NCBI GenBank assembly: GCA_031551765.1
Contig: JAVBNC010000011.1
Location: 12,595 to 76,594 of the forward strand
Reading direction: 5' to 3'
DNA: 64,000 bases
Source: Desulfovibrionaceae bacterium
GTDB taxonomy: Bacteria > Desulfobacterota > Desulfovibrionia > Desulfovibrionales > Desulfovibrionaceae
The translations under genes and the position numbers were made by a program. The notes under the pieces were generated by a model. That model ran no database searches, had not been told where the DNA came from, and saw nothing but the letters and a program-made list of their open reading frames with translations. Below are positions 9,538 through 18,204 of this stretch, one piece after another (within the stretch, counting starts at the first letter, position 1; the number at the start of each line of letters is the position of its first letter).

Positions 9538-9657
9538 CCTTATACCCCCGGAGGGGGCCGAAGCGTAGCGCAGGCCAGGCCCGGCAGGGCCTATGGAACG
9601 CAGGGGCCGGGCGCGATCCGGCTTTGCCGGTCGCGCATTTTACCGGCCCCGGAGCGG
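9538..9657 (+). repeat. structured ~120-bp intergenic repeat, copy A
   Basis: Aligns along its length with 59373-59494 in the same orientation. A 37-nt core is identical (9602-9638 = 59439-59475). Nested stems: GGGGCCGG / GCGCGA / CCGGC-TTT-GCCGG / TCGCGC / CCGGCCCC. Confidence 0.85.
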
Positions 9658-9677
9658 AAGAAAGACGGCTTCGACAA

Positions 9678-10109
9678 CTAATTTTCTTCGATCTTCCCCA
9701 CCCGGCGGGCGTGGCGGCCGCCGGCAAACTCGGTGCCCAGGAACAGGCGGGCCAACTCAATGGCCAGACCGGGCGCGGTGATGCGCTCGCCCAGACAGAG
9801 GACGTTGGCGTTGTTGTGTTCCCTGGCCGCGCGGGCGTGGAATTCGTGGGTGCAGATGGCGGCGCGTATGCCCTGGTGGCGGTTGGCGGCCATGGACATG
9901 CCTATGCCGGTGCCGCAGATGAGTATGCCCAGGCCGTCGGATTCCAACACCTTGCGGCAGAGCGCATGGGCGTAGTCCGGGTAGTCGCAGCTTGCGGCGC
10001 TGTCCGTGCCCAGGTCTTCCAGGGCCTGGCCGTCTTCGCGCAGGGCTTTTACCAGCTGTTCTTTCAGGGCGTACCCGGCGTGGTCCGAGGCGATGTAGAG
10101 AGTGCTCAT
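9678..10109 (-). CDS. rpiB: ribose-5-phosphate isomerase B
   Basis: 143 aa. MSTLYIASDHAGYALKE... and the ICGTGIGMS block are typical of the RpiB/LacAB family. The start overlaps the upstream stop (ATGA). Confidence 0.9.
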   Translation of the reverse strand: MSTLYIASDHAGYALKEQLVKALREDGQALEDLGTDSAASCDYPDYAHALCRKVLESDGLGILICGTGIGMSMAANRHQGIRAAICTHEFHARAAREHNNANVLCLGERITAPGLAIELARLFLGTEFAGGRHARRVGKIEEN

Positions 10110-10954
10110 GAGGGTTCCTGTTGTTTGCGGAGAGGTTTGCGTTCGGTGCCCGGAGGCAGCGGCAGATCCAGCTGCGAAGGGGTAAAGGCGTCCGGCCGGG
10201 ACAGTTCCCGGACCAGAACCAGGGCTTCCATGCCTTTGGGGTGGCTGAGGCGTATTTTCCGGGGCGTGATGCGGGTGCTTTCGTCCCAGTACTCAATGTC
10301 CATGCGCCAGCCCTTGCCGCCCTGGGCGGACCAGGAAAGGGGCAGGCCTTCGGCGTTCAGCTCCAGGGTGCCGGGCAGGCGGACGTCGTACAGCCGGAAA
10401 GACAGCGAATTACTGGCGGCTTTGGCAACGGGCGGGACGGGGAACGCACGGCCCGGAACGCTGTCCACGAAAAACAGGGAATACTGCCCGGTGAGCAGCA
10501 GGGAAAAGTCCGCCAGACTGAAAGGCAGCGGCACGCCGAACGCCAGCAGGTTCAGTTCGCCCCCGACATGGGTGTACGCGGCGTTTTCGTTGGGGACGTA
10601 AGCGAGAAAGGTGTTCGCGTCTTCCCGAACCTTGCTGGCGACGTTCCCCGGCCCGGCCAGGATATCCAGGCGCAGCGGGTAGGGGTTTTGCGCCGCGCCG
10701 TTGCCCCAGAAATACACGGTGACGCGCTGGCTCCCGTCTTTGTTCCGGTAAGAAAGAGTGGCGTTGACCCGGAAGGGGCCCGCGTTGGCTTCCGCCATGC
10801 GGGAGTTGTCCTGAAAGCGCTCCCATACGCCGCCGGGGGCCGGCAGCGCCCCTTCCGGCAGTTCGGAAGGGGCCTTGGCGCAACCGGAAAAAAACAGAGC
10901 GCCCAGCAGAAAGAGCGCATAGGAGACGAGCCGCCTGGACAGGTGCGTGATCAT
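10106..10954 (-). CDS. lipoprotein of unknown function (LolB/DUF4292-like)
   Basis: 282-aa ORF with a lipobox (LFFSGC). Translationally coupled on both sides (ATGA overlaps). The family assignment is tentative. Confidence 0.6.
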   Translation of the reverse strand: MITHLSRRLVSYALFLLGALFFSGCAKAPSELPEGALPAPGGVWERFQDNSRMAEANAGPFRVNATLSYRNKDGSQRVTVYFWGNGAAQNPYPLRLDILAGPGNVASKVREDANTFLAYVPNENAAYTHVGGELNLLAFGVPLPFSLADFSLLLTGQYSLFFVDSVPGRAFPVPPVAKAASNSLSFRLYDVRLPGTLELNAEGLPLSWSAQGGKGWRMDIEYWDESTRITPRKIRLSHPKGMEALVLVRELSRPDAFTPSQLDLPLPPGTERKPLRKQQEPS

Positions 10955-12663
10955 TGCAGGGCCTTCAGCTTGGCGCGGAGCGCCTCGGGATTGTCAGGGG
11001 ACATGCCCAGGGCGCGGGTGTAGGCCTTGCGGGCTTCCGCCTTTTTGCCGAGCTTGAGCGCGATGTCGCCGTAATGCTCCCAAATAATGGGGTGGTCCGC
11101 GCCCAGTTCCACGGAGCGGTTGATGCTGGCCCAGGCTTCCTGGTATTCGCCCATCTGGTACTGAACCCAGGCCAGGGAGTCCACGATGTGCAGGTCATCG
11201 GGCGCGCCGATCAAGGCCTTTTTGATCATTTCATGGGCCTTGGGCAGGTCCCGGCCTTGTTCGGCCAGGGTGTAGCCCACGTAGTTCAGGGCCTGGGAAT
11301 TGTCGGGATCCAGTTCCAGCAGCCGCTCCATGAGGCGCATGGCCTCTTCCTTGTCGCCCGCGGCGTCGGTCATGCTGGCCAGGTGGTAGAGCAACTGGGG
11401 ATCGTTGGGCCACTGTTGCAGGGCGTCTTGCAGAACGGAGCGGGCCTGGGTGAAGTCGCCGCCTTCCGCCGCCACCTGGGCGGCTATGATGCGGTAGGAT
11501 TTGTCTTCCGGCAGCGCGCTCACGGCCTGCAGGGCCAGGGACAAGGCTTCCTTGTCGCGCTTCTGCTCCAGCATGAGCTGCAGGCGCCAGCGCAGGGCCC
11601 GCTCGCCCAGGCGGCTCTGGAAAGAAACTTCGCCCAGCAGGCGTATGGCCTCGTTGGGGTTCCTGTGGGCTTCCAGGGCCACGGCCGCCAGGTAGAAGGA
11701 GATCTCTTCCGGCGCGCCCGGCCGTTCTTTGAGCTTGTTCAGGATCTGGGAGGCCCCGGCGTACTGCTTTTCATCCAGAAAAGCCGCCGCCGCTTCCAGT
11801 TGCAGCAGGGGAGAGGGCGGGGCCTTGCTCAGGGCTTTAAGCGCCAGATCGGGCCGCTTGGCCTTCAAATGCGTGTCGATAAGCCGCAGCCAGAGCGGGA
11901 TGGTGTCCGGCGCGCGCTGCAGGGCTTTTTCATACTGCGCGGCGGCTTCGGCGTATTTGCCGGAACTTTGCAGCACCACGGCCAGATCGACCCAGGCTTC
12001 GATGAATTCCGGCTCGTCGCGCACCAGGCGGCGCAGTTCCTGTTCCGCCTCATGGTTGCGGTTCAGGCCTATCAGGGCTCTGGCGTGCAGATGCCGGGTC
12101 GTGGGCGTCCAGCGCTGGTGCGGGATGCGTTCGATAAGGGCCAGGACATTCTGGTAGCGCTTGGAGAGCAGGTACAGGCGGGCCAGTTCCTGCAAGGCTT
12201 CGATATTGTCCGGGTGTTTTTTGACAAAGGCGCTCAGCGTGTCCGCCGCGTCGTTCAGTCGGCGTTCCTGGGCGTAGCTTTCCGTAAGCACTAGAGTCAA
12301 CGCCAGGTCGTCCGGGTAGCGGGCCAGGCCTTGGCGGGCGGTGTTGCGGGCTTCCGCCCAGCGTCGGCTGTCCAGGTAGAATTCCGCCGCTTCCCGGTAG
12401 ATGGAAACGTCGGGGTCCAGGGCCAGCAGCTTTTCAAAGGCGACGCGCACCGCTTCCATGTCGCCGTTCAGGGCGGCGGCGTTAAGCGCCAGGTAGTAAT
12501 ACGTGACCTGGCTGTCCGGAGTCAGGTCCCATTTGACGCTTTTGCCGGTCTCTTTTCCCGCGCAGCCGGAAAAGAGCGCCGCCATGAGCAGGGCGCAGAC
12601 GAAACGGGCGGCAGCGGGCCAAGGGCCCCGTCTGCCGTGCGCGCGGGAAGGGAAAAGGGTCAT
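10951..12663 (-). CDS. TPR-repeat lipoprotein
   Basis: 570 aa with a lipobox (LFSGC) and many 34-residue TPR-like repeats through the whole length. Confidence 0.75.
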   Translation of the reverse strand: MTLFPSRAHGRRGPWPAAARFVCALLMAALFSGCAGKETGKSVKWDLTPDSQVTYYYLALNAAALNGDMEAVRVAFEKLLALDPDVSIYREAAEFYLDSRRWAEARNTARQGLARYPDDLALTLVLTESYAQERRLNDAADTLSAFVKKHPDNIEALQELARLYLLSKRYQNVLALIERIPHQRWTPTTRHLHARALIGLNRNHEAEQELRRLVRDEPEFIEAWVDLAVVLQSSGKYAEAAAQYEKALQRAPDTIPLWLRLIDTHLKAKRPDLALKALSKAPPSPLLQLEAAAAFLDEKQYAGASQILNKLKERPGAPEEISFYLAAVALEAHRNPNEAIRLLGEVSFQSRLGERALRWRLQLMLEQKRDKEALSLALQAVSALPEDKSYRIIAAQVAAEGGDFTQARSVLQDALQQWPNDPQLLYHLASMTDAAGDKEEAMRLMERLLELDPDNSQALNYVGYTLAEQGRDLPKAHEMIKKALIGAPDDLHIVDSLAWVQYQMGEYQEAWASINRSVELGADHPIIWEHYGDIALKLGKKAEARKAYTRALGMSPDNPEALRAKLKALQ

Positions 12664-12675
12664 ACCATCCTCAAA

Positions 12676-13806
12676 TTACTGCGTGATCCAATCCTGGGAG
12701 AAATCCTTGATTTCCTTGAACAGATGGTCACGGACCTTTTGCAGGAGCCGCGCTTCGATCTGCCGCACCCGCTCGCGGGTGATGTTATATTTTTCGCCTA
12801 TTTCCCGCAGTGTCACCGGGTCGTCAGTGAGCAGACGGTGCTGGAGAATATACGTCTCTTTATCCGAAAGCAAAGGGATTATGGTCTTGATGCGTTCGCG
12901 CACCATGTGGGCCACTTCCCTGTCGGACAGCGTGTCCTCAATACCCGCGCCAAGAGCGGGCAACAGTTCGATACGGCTCGTGCCGGGACCCTCGTCGTTG
13001 TTGGCGGGCGCGTCAAGGGAAACATCGGAGCCGTCCATGCGTTGCTGCATTTCCAGCACCTGCTCTTCCGTGACGTTGAGATTCTTGGACAGAATGGCGG
13101 CGTCCGGGTCAAAGCCCTGCGCGATAAGGCGCTGCCGTTCCTTGTTCAGGTTGTAGAACAGTTTACGCTGGGCCTGGGTGGTGCCTATTTTCACCATGCG
13201 CCAGTTGTCCATGATAAATTTAAGGATATAGGCCTTGACCCAGAACGTGGCGTAGTAGGAAAACTTGATGCCCTTTTCCGGGTCGAACTTGTGCACGGCC
13301 CGCATCAGGCCCACGTTGCCTTCCTGGATAAGGTCCAGCACGTTCTGCATCCAGCGGCGCTGAAAGTCCATGGCGATTTTCACCACCAGCCGCAGGTGCG
13401 AGGAAACGATGCGGAAAGCCGCGTCCGTATCCTTGTGGTCTATGACCCGCCGGGCCAGGCTGTATTCTTCTTCCGGGGTGAGCAGGGGGAACTTGCTGAC
13501 TTCCTGCAGATACAGGCTCAGGCTGTCGTGCATGCCCCGGCGTCCGGCGGGCACAGGCAGGGAGACGTCTTCATGCTCGGCATCGTGGTGCGCGTCCGTG
13601 AATAAGGTCGCGTCCACATCCGGATCTAGGGGCGTTTCTTCCCCCATGAGCAGGGCGTCTTCCGAAGGTTCCTCGGCTTCGTGCTCGTCGCTTTCTTCAT
13701 CAAGGATAAGGTCGGCCGCAACAGCCTTGGCCGGCTGCTGCACCTTGGGCGCGCGCGCTTTCTTCGTCGCTGTCCTGGGAGAGCGTGGGGGAGTGTTCAT
13801 AGTCAT
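12676..13806 (-). CDS. rpoH: RNA polymerase sigma-32 family factor with a ~95-aa N-terminal extension
   Basis: Sigma-70 regions 2-4, including QEGNVGLMRAVHKFDPEKG, plus an RpoH-box-like TQAQRKLFYNL. An alternative Met lies at 13800. Confidence 0.85.
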   Translation of the reverse strand: MTMNTPPRSPRTATKKARAPKVQQPAKAVAADLILDEESDEHEAEEPSEDALLMGEETPLDPDVDATLFTDAHHDAEHEDVSLPVPAGRRGMHDSLSLYLQEVSKFPLLTPEEEYSLARRVIDHKDTDAAFRIVSSHLRLVVKIAMDFQRRWMQNVLDLIQEGNVGLMRAVHKFDPEKGIKFSYYATFWVKAYILKFIMDNWRMVKIGTTQAQRKLFYNLNKERQRLIAQGFDPDAAILSKNLNVTEEQVLEMQQRMDGSDVSLDAPANNDEGPGTSRIELLPALGAGIEDTLSDREVAHMVRERIKTIIPLLSDKETYILQHRLLTDDPVTLREIGEKYNITRERVRQIEARLLQKVRDHLFKEIKDFSQDWITQ

Positions 13807-13865
13807 AACTCGCTGCTAGATACATCAGGACGCACCGCAAAACAACCTGGAGCCACCAATACCAT

Positions 13866-13894
13866 TGTATACAGTTTTTGTTTGTCCTTTTCAA
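13866..13894 (-). promoter_or_regulatory. sigma-70-type promoter candidate for rpoH
   Basis: Minus strand reads TTGAAA-17 nt-TATACA, about 55 nt upstream of the start codon. Confidence 0.4.
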
Positions 13895-14015
13895 CGATTT
13901 TCAGTAGAAAAACCGGCATGCCGCCGTGTCATCACAAAAACTGCCGCGCGGCGGCAAATAGTTCAGGCCGGGGAAAAATTCCGGCTGGCGCGGCACGTAC
14001 CGCGTGGGAGTTACC

Positions 14016-16466
14016 ATGACCTTTCCTTTTCGTCAGGCCCTTGAGTCGGGCGCCGCGTTATTTTTTGACGGGGGCCTCGGCACCATGCTCCAGGCTCGCG
14101 GCCTGCCGCCCGGCGAAAGCCCGGAAGCCTTCAGCCTTGCCCGGCCGGACGTGCTGGCGGGCATTCACGCCGAATATCTGGCTTCCGGTTCGGACGTCAT
14201 CACCACCAACACCTTTGGCGGCACCCATTATAAATTGCCGCCGGGGTTGGACTGCTTCGACTTTAACCGCCGCATGGCGGAAATAGCCAAAAGCGCGGCG
14301 GCTGCCGCCGGACGCCCGGCCTTTGTGGCCGGGAGCATAGGCCCCACGGGCAAATTTTTGCGGCCGCTGGGGGACCTGGGCTTTGAAGAGCTGGTGGAAG
14401 CCTTCCGCGTGCAGATCCGGGGCCTGATGGCGGGCGGGGCGGATCTGCTGCTGGCGGAAACCCAGTTCGACCTGGCGGAAGCCCGCGCCGCCGTGGTGGC
14501 CGCCAGGCTGGAGGGGAACCTGCCCATCGGCGTGTCCATGACCTTTGAGAACGGCACCAGCCTGACCGGCAGCACGCCGGAAATTTTCGCCGCCACCTTC
14601 GCCAACATGGGCGTGGATTTTATCGGCACTAACTGCAGCGCCGGCCCGGCTGAAATGGCGGACACGGTGACGCGCCTGCTGGCCGCATCCCCCCTGCCGG
14701 TCATGGCCCAGCCCAACGCCGGGCTGCCGGAACTGGTGGACGGGGAAACCGTGTTCCGGCTCACCCCGGAACCCTTTGCCCAGGCCGCCGGACGTTTCGG
14801 GGCGCAGGGCGCGCGTTTGCTCGGCGGCTGCTGCGGCACCACGCCGGAGCACATCCGCAACCTGCGGGCCGTTTCCGGCACGGAACGCCCGGCCTGCGCC
14901 GTTGCGCGGCAGGGCCAGATCACCCTGACCAGCCGCTCCGGCCTGGTGACCCTGGGCGGGGACGCGCCGCTTCGCATCATTGGCGAGCGCATCAACCCCA
15001 CGGGCAAGAAGCAGCTTTCCGCCGAACTGGCTGCCGGGGAATTCACCACGGCCCTGCGTTTCGCGGACGAGCAGGTGGCTGCCGGGGCAGCCCTGCTGGA
15101 TATCAACGTGGGCGCGCCCATGGTGGACGAAGTTGCCCTGCTGCCGGAATTGGTTTCCCGCGTGGCCGCGCGCCACGCCACGCCCCTGGCCCTGGATTCA
15201 CCCAACAGCCTGGCCGTGGAAGCGGCGCTCAAAGCCTATCCCGGCTCCCCGCTGGTCAATTCCATTACTGGAGAAGCGGGGCATATGGAAAAAATGGGCC
15301 CCATCTGCCGGGATTTCGGCGCGCCCTTCATCCTGCTGCCGCTCAAGGGCAAAAAACTCCCGGAAACAGCGGCCGAGCGCATCGCGGTCATTGAGGCCCT
15401 GCTTCAGCAAATGGAAAAGCTGCGCGTGCCCCGGCGTCTCGCCGCCGTGGATGTGCTGGTGCTGACGGTTTCCTCCAACGCCCTGGCCGCCAGAGAATGC
15501 CTGGACGTGATCCGCTATTGTAACGAAACGCTGCGCCTGCCCACAGTGGCGGGGCTTTCCAATATTTCTTTCGGCCTGCCCGCGCGGGAACTGGTGAACA
15601 GCGCTTTTCTCAGCATGGGCATGGGCGCGGGTCTGGCGGGCTGTATCGCCAACCCCGGCAGCGGGCGCATCCGCGAAGCCGTGGCTTCCGGCAACCTCTT
15701 GCTGGGCAAGGACCCGGCCGCGACAGCCTTTATTGAAGGCTATTCCGCCTGGACGCCAGGCAGCGGCAAGACGGGAGCGGGGGAGCCGGGCGCGGGCGGC
15801 AAAGACGGTTCCGGCGCGGCCAGGAGCGGCGCGGAAAAAGCCGCGCTGTCCCTGGAGGACGCCGTGATTCTGGGCCGCAAGGACGAGATCCTGGCCCTGG
15901 TGGAAGCCGAGCTGAACCAGGGGACCGACCCCTTTTCCCTGGTGGGCGACCGTCTGATCCCGGCCATTGGCGAAGTGGGCAAGCGTTACGAGCGCAAGGA
16001 ATATTTCCTGCCGCAGCTCATCCGTTCGGCCGAGACCATGCAGACGGCCTTTGCCAAACTTAAACCTTTGCTTGAAAAAGACTCGCGCGCGGGCCAGAAA
16101 CCCGTGGTGGTCATGGCCACGGTGGAAGGGGACATTCATGATATCGGCAAGAACATCGTGAACCTGATGCTGGGCAACCACGGTTTTGACGTGGTGGACC
16201 TGGGCAAGGACGTGCCCGCGTCCGCCATTGTGCACGCCGCCAAAGAGCGGGGCGCGGACATTGTCGGGCTTTCCGCGCTGATGACCACCACCATGGTGCG
16301 CATGAAAGATACCGTGGACCAGCTGGCCCAGGCTGGTATGGATATTCCGGTCATGGTGGGCGGGGCCGTGGTCACACCGGCCTTTGCGGAAGCCATCGGC
16401 GCGGTCTATTCCGGCGATGCCGTGGACGCCGTGCGCGTGGCCAAGGAACTGATGACGGGCGAGTGA
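14016..16466 (+). CDS. metH: cobalamin-dependent methionine synthase, short form lacking the AdoMet reactivation domain
   Basis: Homocysteine S-methyltransferase, pterin-binding and B12-binding regions (VEGDIHDIGKNIV) in about 816 aa. ATG 14016 is preceded by GGGAG; the track start GTG 14004 is less likely. Confidence 0.85.
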   Translation: MTFPFRQALESGAALFFDGGLGTMLQARGLPPGESPEAFSLARPDVLAGIHAEYLASGSDVITTNTFGGTHYKLPPGLDCFDFNRRMAEIAKSAAAAAGRPAFVAGSIGPTGKFLRPLGDLGFEELVEAFRVQIRGLMAGGADLLLAETQFDLAEARAAVVAARLEGNLPIGVSMTFENGTSLTGSTPEIFAATFANMGVDFIGTNCSAGPAEMADTVTRLLAASPLPVMAQPNAGLPELVDGETVFRLTPEPFAQAAGRFGAQGARLLGGCCGTTPEHIRNLRAVSGTERPACAVARQGQITLTSRSGLVTLGGDAPLRIIGERINPTGKKQLSAELAAGEFTTALRFADEQVAAGAALLDINVGAPMVDEVALLPELVSRVAARHATPLALDSPNSLAVEAALKAYPGSPLVNSITGEAGHMEKMGPICRDFGAPFILLPLKGKKLPETAAERIAVIEALLQQMEKLRVPRRLAAVDVLVLTVSSNALAARECLDVIRYCNETLRLPTVAGLSNISFGLPARELVNSAFLSMGMGAGLAGCIANPGSGRIREAVASGNLLLGKDPAATAFIEGYSAWTPGSGKTGAGEPGAGGKDGSGAARSGAEKAALSLEDAVILGRKDEILALVEAELNQGTDPFSLVGDRLIPAIGEVGKRYERKEYFLPQLIRSAETMQTAFAKLKPLLEKDSRAGQKPVVVMATVEGDIHDIGKNIVNLMLGNHGFDVVDLGKDVPASAIVHAAKERGADIVGLSALMTTTMVRMKDTVDQLAQAGMDIPVMVGGAVVTPAFAEAIGAVYSGDAVDAVRVAKELMTGE

Positions 16467-16550
16467 CTCCGCCGCGTTTTTAACGGCATTCCGCGCCTGT
16501 GCGACCGGGAGCCGCACCGTGCTCCGGCGATTCCGGGGCGGGAGGGTACC

Positions 16551-17036
16551 ATGCTTAAATTCCGAATGATCGCTGCGGCCTTGCTGCTTTTGGGGCTTTT
16601 GGCCCCCGCGCTTGGCGTCGCGGCTGAAAAATCCGCCGTCTACCCGCCCCTGGGGCTTAAAGAGCTGCGTTCCGCCGTGGCCGGAGCCAAGGGCAAGGTG
16701 GTGGTGGTCAATGCGTTCGCGTCCTGGTGCGGCCCCTGCCGGGAAGAGATGCCCGGCTTTATCGCCGTGCGCCAGTCCTTTCCCGAAGACAAGCTGCTTA
16801 TGCTCGGCGTTTCGCTGGATGAAGACATGAACGCCCTGCAGCAGTTCGCCTTCAAAATGAAATTCAACTTCCCCATTTACCTGGGGCAGCGGGATTTCGT
16901 GCAGTGGGCCGGTATCAGCGCCATTCCGCACACCCTGGTGTACGACAAGAACGGCAAGCTGCTGGTGAGCGAGCCGGGCATGGTCGAGGAAAAGGAGCTG
17001 CGGGCCTTTCTGACCAAAGAAATAGGGAAAAAATAA
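16551..17036 (+). CDS. periplasmic thioredoxin-fold thiol:disulfide oxidoreductase (TlpA/ResA-like)
   Basis: Signal peptide and a WCGPC active-site motif; 161 aa. Confidence 0.8.
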   Translation: MLKFRMIAAALLLLGLLAPALGVAAEKSAVYPPLGLKELRSAVAGAKGKVVVVNAFASWCGPCREEMPGFIAVRQSFPEDKLLMLGVSLDEDMNALQQFAFKMKFNFPIYLGQRDFVQWAGISAIPHTLVYDKNGKLLVSEPGMVEEKELRAFLTKEIGKK

Positions 17037-17500
17037 TGAATATTACCATCCGCAAAGCCCACGCCAACGACGTCAAGGCCCTTCACGCCCTGATGATGAA
17101 AGGTTCGGAGCAGGGGCTGCTGCTGCCCCGTTCGCTGTACCAGATTCAGATCTGCCTGCGCGACTTTTTCGTGGCCGACAGGGGCGGCGACGACCCCGTG
17201 GTGGGCTGTTCCGCCCTGGCCATGATGGGCGACACCATGGCGGAAGTGCGCTCGCTGTTCGTATCTGAGGAAATGCGCGGCCAGGGGCTGGGCAGCAAGC
17301 TGGTGCAAGCCTGTCTTGAAGAGGCCGCGACCTTCGGCATGACGGAAGTGTTCACGCTGACCTACCAGACCGCGCTGTTCGGCCGCATGGGCTTCAAGGA
17401 ACTGCCCAAAGAATCGCTGCCGCACAAGATTTGGACGGTGTGCATCAACTGTCCCAAGTTCCCCAACTGCGACGAAGTCGCCATGATCAGGCCGGTATGA
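17036..17500 (+). CDS. GNAT family N-acetyltransferase (small ArgA-like type)
   Basis: ATG 17036 overlaps the upstream stop (TAATG). Acetyl-CoA-binding RGQGLGSKL motif; 154 aa. Confidence 0.75.
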   Translation: MNITIRKAHANDVKALHALMMKGSEQGLLLPRSLYQIQICLRDFFVADRGGDDPVVGCSALAMMGDTMAEVRSLFVSEEMRGQGLGSKLVQACLEEAATFGMTEVFTLTYQTALFGRMGFKELPKESLPHKIWTVCINCPKFPNCDEVAMIRPV

Positions 17501-18030
17501 CGGCTCCCGCCATAAAACGGATGGACCTGATGTTCTCCGAGCGGGAAATCGCGCGGAGGGTGAGGGAAATAGCCGGGGAAATCAACGCGCTGTACCAGGA
17601 CAAGCCCCTGGTCATGGTTTGTATTTTAAAGGGCGGGTTCATGTTTTTTTCCGACCTGGTAAAGCAAGTCAGCGTGCAGCCTGAGCTGGACTTCGTGCGC
17701 CTGGCCAGTTACGGCGCGGCCACCAGCGGCGCGGCCATAAGTTTTACCAAGGACGTGGAGCTTTCCCTTAAGGGCAAGCACGTCTTGTTCGTGGAAGACG
17801 TGGTGGATTCCGGTCACACCATGCTTTTTCTGTTGCAGCAGATGCGGGCGCGCGGCGCCGCTTCCCTGCGCATAGCCGCGCTGGTGGACAAGCGCGAGCG
17901 CCGCGAGGTGGAAGTGACGGTCGATTTTTCGGGGTTTGCATTGCCAAAAGGCTTTATTGTCGGGTATGGCCTTGATTACGCGGAGCGGTTCCGGGAACTC
18001 CCCGCCATTTACGAACTCGTGTTTGAATGA
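17497..18030 (+). CDS. hpt: hypoxanthine phosphoribosyltransferase
   Basis: ATG 17497 overlaps the GNAT stop (ATGA). PRPP-binding block VLFVEDVVDSGHT. Confidence 0.85.
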   Translation: MTAPAIKRMDLMFSEREIARRVREIAGEINALYQDKPLVMVCILKGGFMFFSDLVKQVSVQPELDFVRLASYGAATSGAAISFTKDVELSLKGKHVLFVEDVVDSGHTMLFLLQQMRARGAASLRIAALVDKRERREVEVTVDFSGFALPKGFIVGYGLDYAERFRELPAIYELVFE

Positions 18031-18204
18031 CCGCGCCTTACTGCCCGGTACTTTTTAGAGCATTTTACCTTTGAGTTTTTATCTTATGACAAAATGCTCT
18101 GGCCTTGCGAAACGCAGTGCGGCACGGCCCGCGAGATTGGCGTAGGCGGGCTTTGCCCGCCGTTAAGCGACAATCTCAAAGCGAAACTGCTCTAGAGGCT
18201 GCGC

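Noticed and set aside
9667-9678. The 12-mer GGCTTCGACAAC occurs three times, all intergenic: 9667, 42107 (right end of the MITE-like element) and 45543.
   Set aside because: Suggestive of related element ends. However, a rough expectation for a triple 12-mer in 64 kb (both strands, GC-biased) is of order one. Only about 12-13 nt are shared, so it is too weak to call a family without genome-wide counts.
9521-9760. Track ORFs 9521-9760(-) and 58653-59504(-) share the peptide CATGKAGSRPAP, suggesting a repeated small protein.
   Set aside because: The shared peptide is just the translation of the 37-nt identical core of the structured intergenic repeat. The flanks do not stay alignable as protein, and there is no RBS or start context.
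13895-14015. Possible riboswitch (cobalamin or SAM/SAH) in the metH leader, because of the stems TGCCGCCG-N22-CGGCGGCA and GCCGG-N9-CCGGC.
   Set aside because: The region is too short, lacks a B12-box-like sequence, and I could not recognise any SAM/SAH riboswitch core. It also has to hold the metH promoter.
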